From IMG/VR virus record IMGVR_UViG_3300023184_002982, positions 1-53,984 of that record: a stretch of 53,984 nucleotides of DNA. One strand, 5' to 3'. Position numbers and translations under genes: made by a program. Shown here in pieces: positions 46,044-53,984 of the stretch. Position 1 is the first letter of the stretch; the number at the start of each line of letters is the position of its first letter. This DNA is from a virus (taxonomy: Duplodnaviria > Caudoviricetes). The notes beneath the pieces are model-generated. The model saw nothing but the letters and a program-made list of their open reading frames with translations, was not told the DNA's origin and did no database searches.

Positions 46044-46815
46044 ATTGTTGTATCTCACAATCAATTCCTTTTAGGTTATTGTATCGATCATATAACCAAC
46101 TTCCTTTAGGTATCAGACATCTACCCAACTCTGGTGAATGTTCTATTCGCAGTTCCACAACTGACCAACCTAATACAAAGATGTACAAAATAAAAAGTAT
46201 GGTCACACCATACTTCCATGCTTCACACCGTATTTTTTCAAGTCTTCTTTTTTTCCTTGCCGCCGCTTCTCTTTCAGCTTGCATCTTTTTAGCAATAGCA
46301 ATGGTTTGTTGCTGTTGCATTTTTTCCATCATTTTTTCAACACGTGTATACAAATCCCCCAATTCAGGTGGACATTGATATACCATAATTTCACGAAGTT
46401 CAGCTTGCATTGCTACAAGTTTGGTTTGCATCAAAACTCTTGATAGAGCACGTTTACCTAAACTTGCGGTACCTGTGTAGACTTCATCGTCATGCCTTTC
46501 TTCTTCTTGGAAGATTGCCATGCACGTAGCCATGTTCTCAAAGTAAGCACCTAAACTTTCACCAATGGCTGTATAGACATCATCGGGTTGTTTTTTGCTG
46601 AGTTCAATTACCCGATTCTTTTCTTGAATGTACTGATTGTGTTCAGCTACGGTAGGAGGACGATCTTTATGAGCGAATTGAAACTGTGACTCAAGGTCAC
46701 CTAAGATTCCCTTGACATCACTTGCCGCTGATGCGATTTCTTTGTAAAGCTTACAGCCTTGCTTGACTGCTGCGACTGCCCCATTTGCCAAAGCAAAGAG
46801 CGTTATCGGGTCCAT
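46042..46815 (-). CDS. Helical protein with C-terminal TM segment
   Basis: MDPITLFALANGAVAAVK start, coiled coil, TM helix; AAGGA SD. Confidence 0.7.
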   Translation of the reverse strand: MDPITLFALANGAVAAVKQGCKLYKEIASAASDVKGILGDLESQFQFAHKDRPPTVAEHNQYIQEKNRVIELSKKQPDDVYTAIGESLGAYFENMATCMAIFQEEERHDDEVYTGTASLGKRALSRVLMQTKLVAMQAELREIMVYQCPPELGDLYTRVEKMMEKMQQQQTIAIAKKMQAEREAAARKKRRLEKIRCEAWKYGVTILFILYIFVLGWSVVELRIEHSPELGRCLIPKGSWLYDRYNNLKGIDCEIQQ

Positions 46816-46929
46816 CTTGTCCTTTAAATAACTTTCCTATAAGAAACATAAAATAGTTCAAAAAAGACATTACTTGACATTCACGGTATATTTATGTTAA
46901 AAGGCAGATATATAGTAGTTGAGGAAATC

Positions 46930-47997
46930 ATGAATAAGCCGACTGACGTTAATATTATATTTTCGGGTGCCGAACCCAAAATCTCCGCTGAGTTGAGTCA
47001 GATAGACTTGACTAAAGCCCTATCTTGGTATTCCCAAAATCGGGATGCCAAAGCCGCACTCAAATACGCCACAGATTACTTCAAAAAGAAATTAAAGGTT
47101 GCTGTACCCGCAGGTATCAAATCGCAGCCACAGACCTTTGGGTTTGTTTGCCGTATCGTTACTAATGGTGGCATTCTTGTCGGTAAAGACAAAGAATGGT
47201 TTGAGAAAACAATCAATGAATTAAAGGGGACTGTTAATGTTACCAATCCTACCAAAGTTGGAAATGTCATATCGATACAAGATCATATTAAACGGAAATC
47301 GAGTGAGTGTATCGGAGAGTTGGAAGGTCAACTTGACGAAATAATACTTTCGGACTTTAAAGCAAGTCCTGCACCGATTGCGGTTATGGATAGTCTGCAA
47401 ATAAAAGGTGCACACACCAAATACATCGTTGAACATTTCAAAATGCGTCGAGCAGAATATGATACTATTTTGACAACGGATGATAGTCTCATCAAAGAAG
47501 CCTATTCCAATTTTACAAAACCACAATTAAAAAAACTGATTGCTTATTGTGATCAAGTAATTGTTGATGGTATGAAGCTTGCAGGGGAAGCTGTTAAAAC
47601 ACGTAGACCCCGTAAACGTAAAACTAAGACACCGGAACAGATATTATCAAAGTTGCAATACTGTAAAGAATTTGCAGATTTAAAATTACAGTCCATTGAC
47701 CCCAAAACAATTTTAGGCGCAACGCAACTTTGGGTGTACAATACCAAGACACGAAAACTTGGTTGTTATATTTCTGAAAACGCTAGTGGGTTTTCAGTTA
47801 CAGGCACATCACTTACTGGACACTCCGAAACTAAATCAAAACAGAAGACATTACGTAAACCAGAAGCTATTTTGCCTGAAATCGTAAAGGGTGGAAAAGT
47901 TTATTTGCGAACTGCACTAGATAGTATAAAGGCTGTTGAATCTGCGTTGTCTGGCAGAATCAATACAGATACATTATTACTGAGAATTATAAAATGA
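46930..47997 (+). CDS. Conserved T4-like hypothetical protein
   Basis: ALSWY, LWVYNTKTRKLG.Y, KTLRKPE, GRINTDT.LL; GAGG SD before ATG 46930. Confidence 0.7.
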   Translation: MNKPTDVNIIFSGAEPKISAELSQIDLTKALSWYSQNRDAKAALKYATDYFKKKLKVAVPAGIKSQPQTFGFVCRIVTNGGILVGKDKEWFEKTINELKGTVNVTNPTKVGNVISIQDHIKRKSSECIGELEGQLDEIILSDFKASPAPIAVMDSLQIKGAHTKYIVEHFKMRRAEYDTILTTDDSLIKEAYSNFTKPQLKKLIAYCDQVIVDGMKLAGEAVKTRRPRKRKTKTPEQILSKLQYCKEFADLKLQSIDPKTILGATQLWVYNTKTRKLGCYISENASGFSVTGTSLTGHSETKSKQKTLRKPEAILPEIVKGGKVYLRTALDSIKAVESALSGRINTDTLLLRIIK

Positions 47998-48842
47998 TAA
48001 TATTTGATTATAATCAGGTGGCTATATCATCCCTGATGGAACAAATTGGTTCTTCTAAAAAACCTGTAGAAGAAGCATTGGTTCGACACATGATATTGAA
48101 TGTTATTCGAACCTATGTAAAGAAATTCAAAGCTACTCACGGACCAGAAGTTGTAATTGCATGTGACAACAGAAGTTACTGGCGGCGTGATCTATTCCCA
48201 CAATACAAAGCTTCTCGTAAAAAGAATCGTGATGCATCGGGTCATGATTGGGGTTCTATTTTCGATTGCCTGAACAAGATCAAAGAAGAACTCAAAGAAT
48301 TCTCACCATACAAAGTGATTGATGTTGAATCGGCTGAAGCTGATGACATCATCGCCGTTCTAGCTATGCGTCAGTCTGCACATGAAAAGGTGATGATTCT
48401 TTCATCGGATAAAGACTTTGCACAATTGCAAAAGCTTTCGAATGTTGAACAGTTTTCTCCTATTCTTAAAAAGTTCATCAAAGAACCACTTCCTGCTGTG
48501 CAATTGAAGCAGATGATTATTCGTGGCGATAAAGGTGATGGTATTCCAAACATCATGTCACCTGATAACGTATTCACAGACGGTGGTCGGCAGAAACCAA
48601 TTACCGAAGCAAAGATTATAGTTTGGTTAAATCAAGAACCAAAAGAATTCTGCAATGAAGATATGTTGCGGAACTATGCACGAAATGAAATGTTGATTGA
48701 CTTGACTAAAATACCTGATGAGTTAAAGCAACGAATTGTTGAAGTCTATGAAGGCACACAAATCAGAACTAAACAACAATTCATGAATTATATGATAGCC
48801 AACAAACTTAAAAATCTAATTGAAGTTCTTGATGAATTTTAA
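47994..48842 (+). CDS. rnh: T4-type RNase H (5'-3' exonuclease)
   Basis: YWRR..FP.YKA.R, EADDIIA, SSDKDFAQL, GDKGDGIPN. Confidence 0.93.
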   Translation: MIIFDYNQVAISSLMEQIGSSKKPVEEALVRHMILNVIRTYVKKFKATHGPEVVIACDNRSYWRRDLFPQYKASRKKNRDASGHDWGSIFDCLNKIKEELKEFSPYKVIDVESAEADDIIAVLAMRQSAHEKVMILSSDKDFAQLQKLSNVEQFSPILKKFIKEPLPAVQLKQMIIRGDKGDGIPNIMSPDNVFTDGGRQKPITEAKIIVWLNQEPKEFCNEDMLRNYARNEMLIDLTKIPDELKQRIVEVYEGTQIRTKQQFMNYMIANKLKNLIEVLDEF

Positions 48843-49251
48843 CGTAACCTAATTTTTTTGCCGTATATCCCTTATAAGTTTTACATGGCCATTTTCCGTT
48901 TGCTAGAGAAGACATAGAACGGTATTTTAAATTATTAATTTTACAATATTCTTTTAGATTGATTATGATTTTTGTTTGACCAGTAGGATCAGTTATTTCA
49001 TACTGACCAAATGCTCTATGTTTAACTTTTTTAAGATTTTTTGCTGCTGAAGGATTCTTACAACCTTTATTGTAAGAATGCCCCATTTTTATGTCAGAAA
49101 TTATTTTTTTAGTTTCAACCGAACACGGTATACCAATATTCCACGGGGGAACATTAGTATTCTCTATTGTTGATAAATCGAGGGGATTATTCCTACACCA
49201 TTCTATTAGGTCTTGAATAAACTCATTATTAGTATTAGAATAAATATTCAT
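48808..49251 (-). CDS. NUMOD3/NUMOD1-type DNA-binding protein with no recognisable nuclease domain
   Basis: PWNIGIPCSVETKKIIS; YEITDPTG...NLKEYCKINNL; start at ATG 49251 after AAAGGA. Confidence 0.6.
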   Translation of the reverse strand: MNIYSNTNNEFIQDLIEWCRNNPLDLSTIENTNVPPWNIGIPCSVETKKIISDIKMGHSYNKGCKNPSAAKNLKKVKHRAFGQYEITDPTGQTKIIINLKEYCKINNLKYRSMSSLANGKWPCKTYKGYTAKKLGYVKIHQELQLDF

Positions 49252-49318
49252 GCTGATACGGTCCTTTCGTATTAGAGTAGGTGCGAACTGGTAATTCGGC
49301 GACCTACACCTATTTAGC
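49252..49318 (-). promoter_or_regulatory. Late promoter-like site plus two-hairpin leader
   Basis: Minus strand: GCTAAATA, GTAGGT...ACCTAC stem with inner CGAATT-ACC-AGTTCG, then ATACG-AAAGGAC-CGTAT. Confidence 0.6.
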
Positions 49319-49345
49319 AATTTAACATTTTTAAGTGAAAAAACT

Positions 49346-49777
49346 ATGAGTTCTGAACTCCTGTATTCTGAAATAATTCAAGAATTTACAAATGCAAAAA
49401 CTAAAGAGGAAAAGATACACATTCTTCGTAAAAATGGTGATCCCCGATTCAAATTCTTTTTGGAATTGATTCTAAATCCGAAAGTGGAATGGGATGTCAA
49501 GATACCTGAAAAGTATCGACCTGCCGTAGAACCTGCTGGATTGAACTTTGCATACTTGGATACAGAAATGCCCAAGATGTACCGATTCATTAAGAATCAT
49601 CCTATGCGTCCACAAGGTTTTACTGCTGAGAAAACTACATCACAATTGCAAGTTATTTTAGAAGCACTTCACAAAGATGAGTCTGCTATTTTTGCTCAAC
49701 TCATTCAGGGCAAGTTCAAGATTAAAGGGTTGACTGTTGCTTTGGCTAAAGAAGCGTTTCCGGAGATTAACGTATGA
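49346..49777 (+). CDS. Conserved T4-like hypothetical protein
   Basis: KTKEEKIHILRK...ILEALHKDE; typical neighbour of rnh. Confidence 0.7.
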   Translation: MSSELLYSEIIQEFTNAKTKEEKIHILRKNGDPRFKFFLELILNPKVEWDVKIPEKYRPAVEPAGLNFAYLDTEMPKMYRFIKNHPMRPQGFTAEKTTSQLQVILEALHKDESAIFAQLIQGKFKIKGLTVALAKEAFPEINV

Positions 49778-50199
49778 GAATAGTTGCCGTATCTGGTGGG
49801 TTTGATCCAATTCATTCTGGTCATCTTGCTATGCTCCGTCAAGCGGCAGCATTAGGCGATAGATTGGTTGTTGGTGTAAACTCCGATGCGTGGTTGACTC
49901 GCAAGAAGGGTAAACCGTTTATGCCTATTGAAGAACGCAAGGGAATTTTATTGGCAATTAAGTGGGTTGATTCTGTGTGGGAGTTTAACGACGATGATGG
50001 CACGGCTTATGACTTTCTTGACAAAGTAAGAACATATTATTACACTAAAGGAAGTGACTTTGTGTTTGTCAATGGTGGTGATAGAAATGAAACAAACAAT
50101 GCCGAAGCGGGTGCTTACGGTTGGAGATTTATGTATGGTATTGGTGGTTCTGACAAAAAGAACTCATCATCTTTAATATTGAAAGCATGGAATGAGTAA
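49774..50199 (+). CDS. Cytidylyl/adenylyltransferase (HxGH family, RfaE/TagD-like)
   Basis: SGGFDPIHSGH, GVNSD.WL.RKKG, NGGDR, K.NSSS. Confidence 0.88.
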   Translation: MRIVAVSGGFDPIHSGHLAMLRQAAALGDRLVVGVNSDAWLTRKKGKPFMPIEERKGILLAIKWVDSVWEFNDDDGTAYDFLDKVRTYYYTKGSDFVFVNGGDRNETNNAEAGAYGWRFMYGIGGSDKKNSSSLILKAWNE

Positions 50200-50341
50200 A
50201 GGATCAAAACCAAGACCCATAGAAATACCTATGGAAAAGTTTAATGCTAATTGGGATGCAATTTTTAAGAAAAAGGTGAAACATGAAAGTAGCAGTCGTA
50301 ACGCCGACAATCGGAGCAAAGACACTAAAGAAGTGCATTGA
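50192..50341 (+). CDS. Small hypothetical protein (not in ORF track)
   Basis: MSKGSKPRP...F..NWDAIF.KK, a common small phage protein pattern. Confidence 0.55.
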   Translation: MSKGSKPRPIEIPMEKFNANWDAIFKKKVKHESSSRNADNRSKDTKEVH

Positions 50342-51035
50342 GTCAGTTGATAATCAAACGTATGAAGATTTAGTACATTACATTTATGTTGATGGTGAAC
50401 AATATGCTGATACAGTTAATAAAGAAATTGTCGGTGCATCCAGAATCCGAACCGTCCATCTTGAAGAGAATGTTGGCAAAGGCTGGTATGGTCATCGTGT
50501 ATATGCTGCATGTGGTTTTCTTGTCAATGCTGATGTTATTTGTTACCTTGACGAGGACAATTGGTTGGAACCTAATCATGTTGAGGCATTGGTTGAGAAA
50601 ATCAAAGGCGGTGCTGATTGGGCATACTCATTAAGAAAGATTGTTGATAAAGATGGTGAATTCGTTTGTGAAGATAACTGCGAATCATTAGGCAAGTGGC
50701 CAATCTATTTCAACAAAGATGCATTCCACATTGATACATCATCATTCATGGTCAAGCGGGATGTTGCTATTCGTGTTGGTCAAACATGGTATGGTCAGTG
50801 GGGTGCAGATCGTCAATTCTTTGCGGCACTGAAACAATACTTTCCAAACTTTGCCTGTACTAAAGAATACACATTAAACTATCGATTAGATGGTAATGAT
50901 AATTCAGTTAATAAGGAATTCTTTGACAAAGGTAATGCTGAAAACGAAAAGCAGTATCCTAATGGATTTCCTTGGAAACAAAAGAATAGCACCGAATATG
51001 TTGTTGGACCTGGCATAACAATCGTGGGAACATAA
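50283..51035 (+). CDS. Glycosyltransferase family 2
   Basis: VAVVTPT, IESV..QTY, VDG, YLDEDN (DxD), GADR. Confidence 0.88.
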   Translation: MKVAVVTPTIGAKTLKKCIESVDNQTYEDLVHYIYVDGEQYADTVNKEIVGASRIRTVHLEENVGKGWYGHRVYAACGFLVNADVICYLDEDNWLEPNHVEALVEKIKGGADWAYSLRKIVDKDGEFVCEDNCESLGKWPIYFNKDAFHIDTSSFMVKRDVAIRVGQTWYGQWGADRQFFAALKQYFPNFACTKEYTLNYRLDGNDNSVNKEFFDKGNAENEKQYPNGFPWKQKNSTEYVVGPGITIVGT

Positions 51036-51036
51036 G

Positions 51037-51534
51037 ATGAGAGTTTTACATACTGTACTTGATGGTGTGAAGTTAATTCAACCTGACATATATGATGATT
51101 TTCGTGGTACAAACTTTGAATCATACAATGAAACAAAATACCGTGATGAGATTCCATATTCTAAATTTGTCGTAGATAGTATTTCCACATCACGCAAACA
51201 TGTTCTGCGTGGTATGCATGGTGATAATAAAACAACCAAACTTGTATCGTGTCTGTATGGTACCATTCATATGGTCATCATCAATCGTGATTCAGATTCT
51301 AAACAATACAATAATTGGTTTCACTTCACACTATCAGATCGCAACAAGTATCAATTGCTGATACCACCAAAGTTTGGTAATGGTCATTTGGTCATGTCTG
51401 ATGAAGCGGTGTTCAGTTACAAGTTAAGTGAATACTATGACCGCGAATCTCAGTTCACAATCAAGTGGAATGATCCGATGCACAATTTCTTTTGGCCAAT
51501 CAAGAATCCTATCCTTTCAGAAAGAGATGCATGA
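51037..51534 (+). CDS. rmlC: dTDP-4-dehydrorhamnose 3,5-epimerase family
   Basis: D.RG...E, VLRGMH, KLVSC, IPP.FGNG, I.WNDP, WP...PILSERD. Confidence 0.85.
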   Translation: MRVLHTVLDGVKLIQPDIYDDFRGTNFESYNETKYRDEIPYSKFVVDSISTSRKHVLRGMHGDNKTTKLVSCLYGTIHMVIINRDSDSKQYNNWFHFTLSDRNKYQLLIPPKFGNGHLVMSDEAVFSYKLSEYYDRESQFTIKWNDPMHNFFWPIKNPILSERDA

Positions 51535-52487
51535 GAACAGCATTGGTGACAGGCGGTGCAGGTTATCTTGGTAGTCATTTAGCAAAAGCATTAAAGAACG
51601 CAGGTTACACAACAATCTGCTACGATAAAAAATTCCCATCCCACATGCGGTATTGGGATGATGTTTTTTCTGGCGATGTTCGTGATATGTTTTTAGAAAC
51701 ACCCTTTATTAAACATCAAATCGATGTAGTATTTCATTTAGCGGGTCGTATTGAAGTTGGTGAATCTGTAGAATATCCAGAATTGTTTTGGGATGTCAAT
51801 GTAGGAGGTACAACAAATCTTTTAAGGATGATGAGGGGTTATAATGTTAGTGATATTGTTTATTCTTCTACTGCCAGCCTTTATCGTTCTTCTGGCACAG
51901 ACCTCTCAGAAAAAGACCAAATAGCAGACAACAATCCGTATGCTAATAGCAAGTATGCTGCGGAATGTGCTATTCGTAATTCCACGTTGAATCACATTAT
52001 TTTTAGGTTCTTTAATCTTGCTGGTGCTGATCCAGATGGCGAAATGGGTGAGATGCACAATCCAGAGACTCATCTGATTCCAGTAATGTTCGAAAATCTA
52101 AATAGCTTTATCATCAATGGTAAAGATTACAGAACACAAGATGGTACATGTATTCGGGACTATGTACACGTGTCTGATGTTGCTGATGCCCACGTTGCTG
52201 CTGCTGACTATATGCAGACACGAATGGCAAATCAACCAACTCTATTCAATCTAGGAACTGGCAAGGGACATTCAGTATTGGAAGTGATTCACACTGCGGT
52301 TGAAGAACTCAAAACTCCTATCAATTACACATTTGGACAAAAGCGTGAGGGTGATCCACCACGACTTGTTGCCATTATTGACCTTGCTAAAAAACACCTC
52401 AAATTTAAACCTAAACACGACTTAAAATCTATATTGAGAACGGCATATGCTTGGCATGGAAAAAACAATCGAACTATCACCGTTTGA
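51531..52487 (+). CDS. galE: UDP-glucose 4-epimerase
   Basis: LVTGGAGYLGSH, VGESV..P, SSTA, YANSK, RFFNLAGA, DGTCIRDYVHV.D.A.AH. Confidence 0.9.
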   Translation: MRTALVTGGAGYLGSHLAKALKNAGYTTICYDKKFPSHMRYWDDVFSGDVRDMFLETPFIKHQIDVVFHLAGRIEVGESVEYPELFWDVNVGGTTNLLRMMRGYNVSDIVYSSTASLYRSSGTDLSEKDQIADNNPYANSKYAAECAIRNSTLNHIIFRFFNLAGADPDGEMGEMHNPETHLIPVMFENLNSFIINGKDYRTQDGTCIRDYVHVSDVADAHVAAADYMQTRMANQPTLFNLGTGKGHSVLEVIHTAVEELKTPINYTFGQKREGDPPRLVAIIDLAKKHLKFKPKHDLKSILRTAYAWHGKNNRTITV

Positions 52488-52989
52488 ACGTCATAATCAT
52501 TTTATTACTGGTGAAATTGATGGTGAAAAAGCCGAGGCAACTATTCGATGGATTCTGTCGGAGAATAGGAATCCTAGCGATGAAACTCTTCAACTCTATA
52601 TTAATTCTGAGGGTGGTAGCCTAAATGATGCATTGGCAATTATTGATATCATGCATCAATCAGAAATTCCGATTACTACCGTAGGATTGGGTAACGTTAT
52701 GAGTGCTGGATTTCTTATATTTGCATCTGGCACAAAAGGAAAGCGTTTAATCGGTAAGAATTCAAGTTTGATGTGTCATCAGTTCTCTCACGAATTATCG
52801 GGAAAATATCACGACATAAAGAACAGTTTTGCTGAAACTGAACGTATTAATGAACGCATGGTGGATGTACTTTTCATGGCATGTGGTATGCAGAAAAATC
52901 TCATACGTTCCAAACTATTAAACCCCACCGATGTTTGGTTGTCACCTGAAGATGCAATCGAGTTAGGTATAGCAGACCATATTTTTTAA
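52456..52989 (+). CDS. ClpP-like serine protease
   Basis: LYINSEGG, VMSAG, MCHQ, WLSPEDAIELGIAD. Confidence 0.85.
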   Translation: MEKTIELSPFERHNHFITGEIDGEKAEATIRWILSENRNPSDETLQLYINSEGGSLNDALAIIDIMHQSEIPITTVGLGNVMSAGFLIFASGTKGKRLIGKNSSLMCHQFSHELSGKYHDIKNSFAETERINERMVDVLFMACGMQKNLIRSKLLNPTDVWLSPEDAIELGIADHIF

Positions 52990-53003
52990 GGAGATATATA
53001 GAG

Positions 53004-53316
53004 ATGTTGTCTGGAGGCAAGAAGTTTCAAAAACCCGAAAAAACTAAGTTTCGTAAGCATCAAGAAAGCGAACTTAAAAATATTAAACAACAAAAGCACC
53101 ACGATAAAACCCTGTACCGATTACTAAAACAGGAAAAAGACTATGTTTAAAGAACTATTACTTAAACGGATTGCTGTCCTAGAAGCAAAGATGGCAGCAT
53201 CTGAGCAAGACCGAACTGAGTTGGAAAATCTCCGAAAAGAACTCATCAAACTATCCGTTCACGACTTCGGCGAAAGTCAACAAAACGAATCCGCACAGCA
53301 ACTCCTCAAAGGGTGA
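53004..53316 (+). other. Two small ORFs (53004-53150 basic; 53143-53316 coiled coil)
   Basis: AAGGAG and AGGA SDs; coupled. Confidence 0.5.
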
Positions 53317-53318
53317 AG

Positions 53319-53326
53319 TATAAATA
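53319..53326 (+). promoter_or_regulatory. T4-type late promoter
   Basis: Exact TATAAATA. Confidence 0.7.
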
Positions 53327-53354
53327 AGTGAGTTAACCAATACTCACTTATTTT

Positions 53355-53984
53355 ATGCCTCCTATTCTTTCTTCACTTGGTTCTGGTTCTAGCAGAGCAT
53401 ACGGGTTCATTAGAACTAGCGGTGTTGCTGGTCTAATCAACACAGTCCAAATATTCACATTTACTCAACAATGGATACCACCTGCTGGTACCACTACCGT
53501 CGATTACCTTGTCGTTGCTGGTGGTGGTGCTGGAGGTTCATTACAAGGTGGTGCTGGCGGTGGTGGCGGTGGTGCTGGTGGTTATAAAGCGGGTACGAAT
53601 TGGGCAGTAACTCCAGGTTCACCCTATTTAATTTTTGTGGGGGGTGGCGGTTATCCAGAACCATCACCATTTCAACCTTATTGGGGTAAAGGTCGTTCAC
53701 TCAATGGAGCGAATTCAGGGATACAAAACGCATCATCTTCAATTTGGGCAACGGGTGGTGGTGGGGGAGCACACAATGGTGGCACAGGTGGTTCTGGTGG
53801 TTCTGGTGGTGGTTGCGGTGAACCTCAAGGTGGCGGCTCTGTAGGACAGGGAACTCCGGGTCAAGGATTTAATGGTGGTGGTGCTACTCCTGGTTCTGGT
53901 GGGGGTGGTGGTGGCGGTGGTGGTGCTGGAGCAGCAGGTGCGGGTGCAGGTGGTGGTGGAGGAGCAGGGGGCACGGGAATAGTC
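53355..53984 (+). CDS. Glycine-rich virion/tail-fibre-like protein, truncated by the window end
   Basis: MPPILSSLGSGSSRAYG...PAGTTTVDYLVVAGGGAGG...GGGGAGG; absent from the ORF track because it has no stop in the window. Confidence 0.75.
   Translation, partial: MPPILSSLGSGSSRAYGFIRTSGVAGLINTVQIFTFTQQWIPPAGTTTVDYLVVAGGGAGGSLQGGAGGGGGGAGGYKAGTNWAVTPGSPYLIFVGGGGYPEPSPFQPYWGKGRSLNGANSGIQNASSSIWATGGGGGAHNGGTGGSGGSGGGCGEPQGGGSVGQGTPGQGFNGGGATPGSGGGGGGGGGAGAAGAGAGGGGGAGGTGIV

Noticed and set aside
53494-53984. GGT-rich tandem repeat and ORFs 53494..53700 and 53635..53844
   Set aside because: Explained by Gly codons of the gene starting at 53355
1-53984. tRNA/rRNA genes and stop-codon reassignment
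   Set aside because: No cloverleaf seen in intergenic gaps by eye (tRNAscan-SE would confirm); core genes are full length in the standard code

Overview
A 54-kb segment of a large T4-like (Tevenvirinae/Kyanoviridae-style) myovirus genome, almost entirely on the + strand, probably infecting a Gram-negative host (spanin pair, lipoproteins, PBP7-like peptidase; pqqA and a phasin-like gene hint at a betaproteobacterium, which is inference). Order: sugar/cyclitol genes including a sedoheptulose-7-phosphate cyclase (0-2.6 kb); Lys/Glu-rich proteins that look like capsid-packaged, protease-processed polyproteins, one holding a HicA domain (2.7-9.1 kb); virion and lysis genes (9.2-14.1 kb); primase, thyX, nrdA/nrdB, nucleases, gmhA (14.2-26.4 kb); an 8.5-kb array of 17 near-identical sigma70 promoter cassettes, each with a GTTTACCG core in the -35/-10 spacer and each driving 1-6 small genes (27.2-35.7 kb); a non-coding hub with Fur-box-like and other palindromes and convergent promoters (35.2-36.5 kb), beyond which the same motif recurs in the opposite orientation as direct repeats at gene junctions (36.4-38.1 kb, 42.9 kb); many small hypothetical genes, a PD-(D/E)XK-like nuclease gene facing an antisense promoter, an unannotated pqqA, RNase H, nucleotide-sugar genes, a ClpP-like gene and a truncated Gly-rich virion gene. 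No tRNA, rRNA or CRISPR array was seen. All family calls are from motif recognition by eye; no database searches were run.
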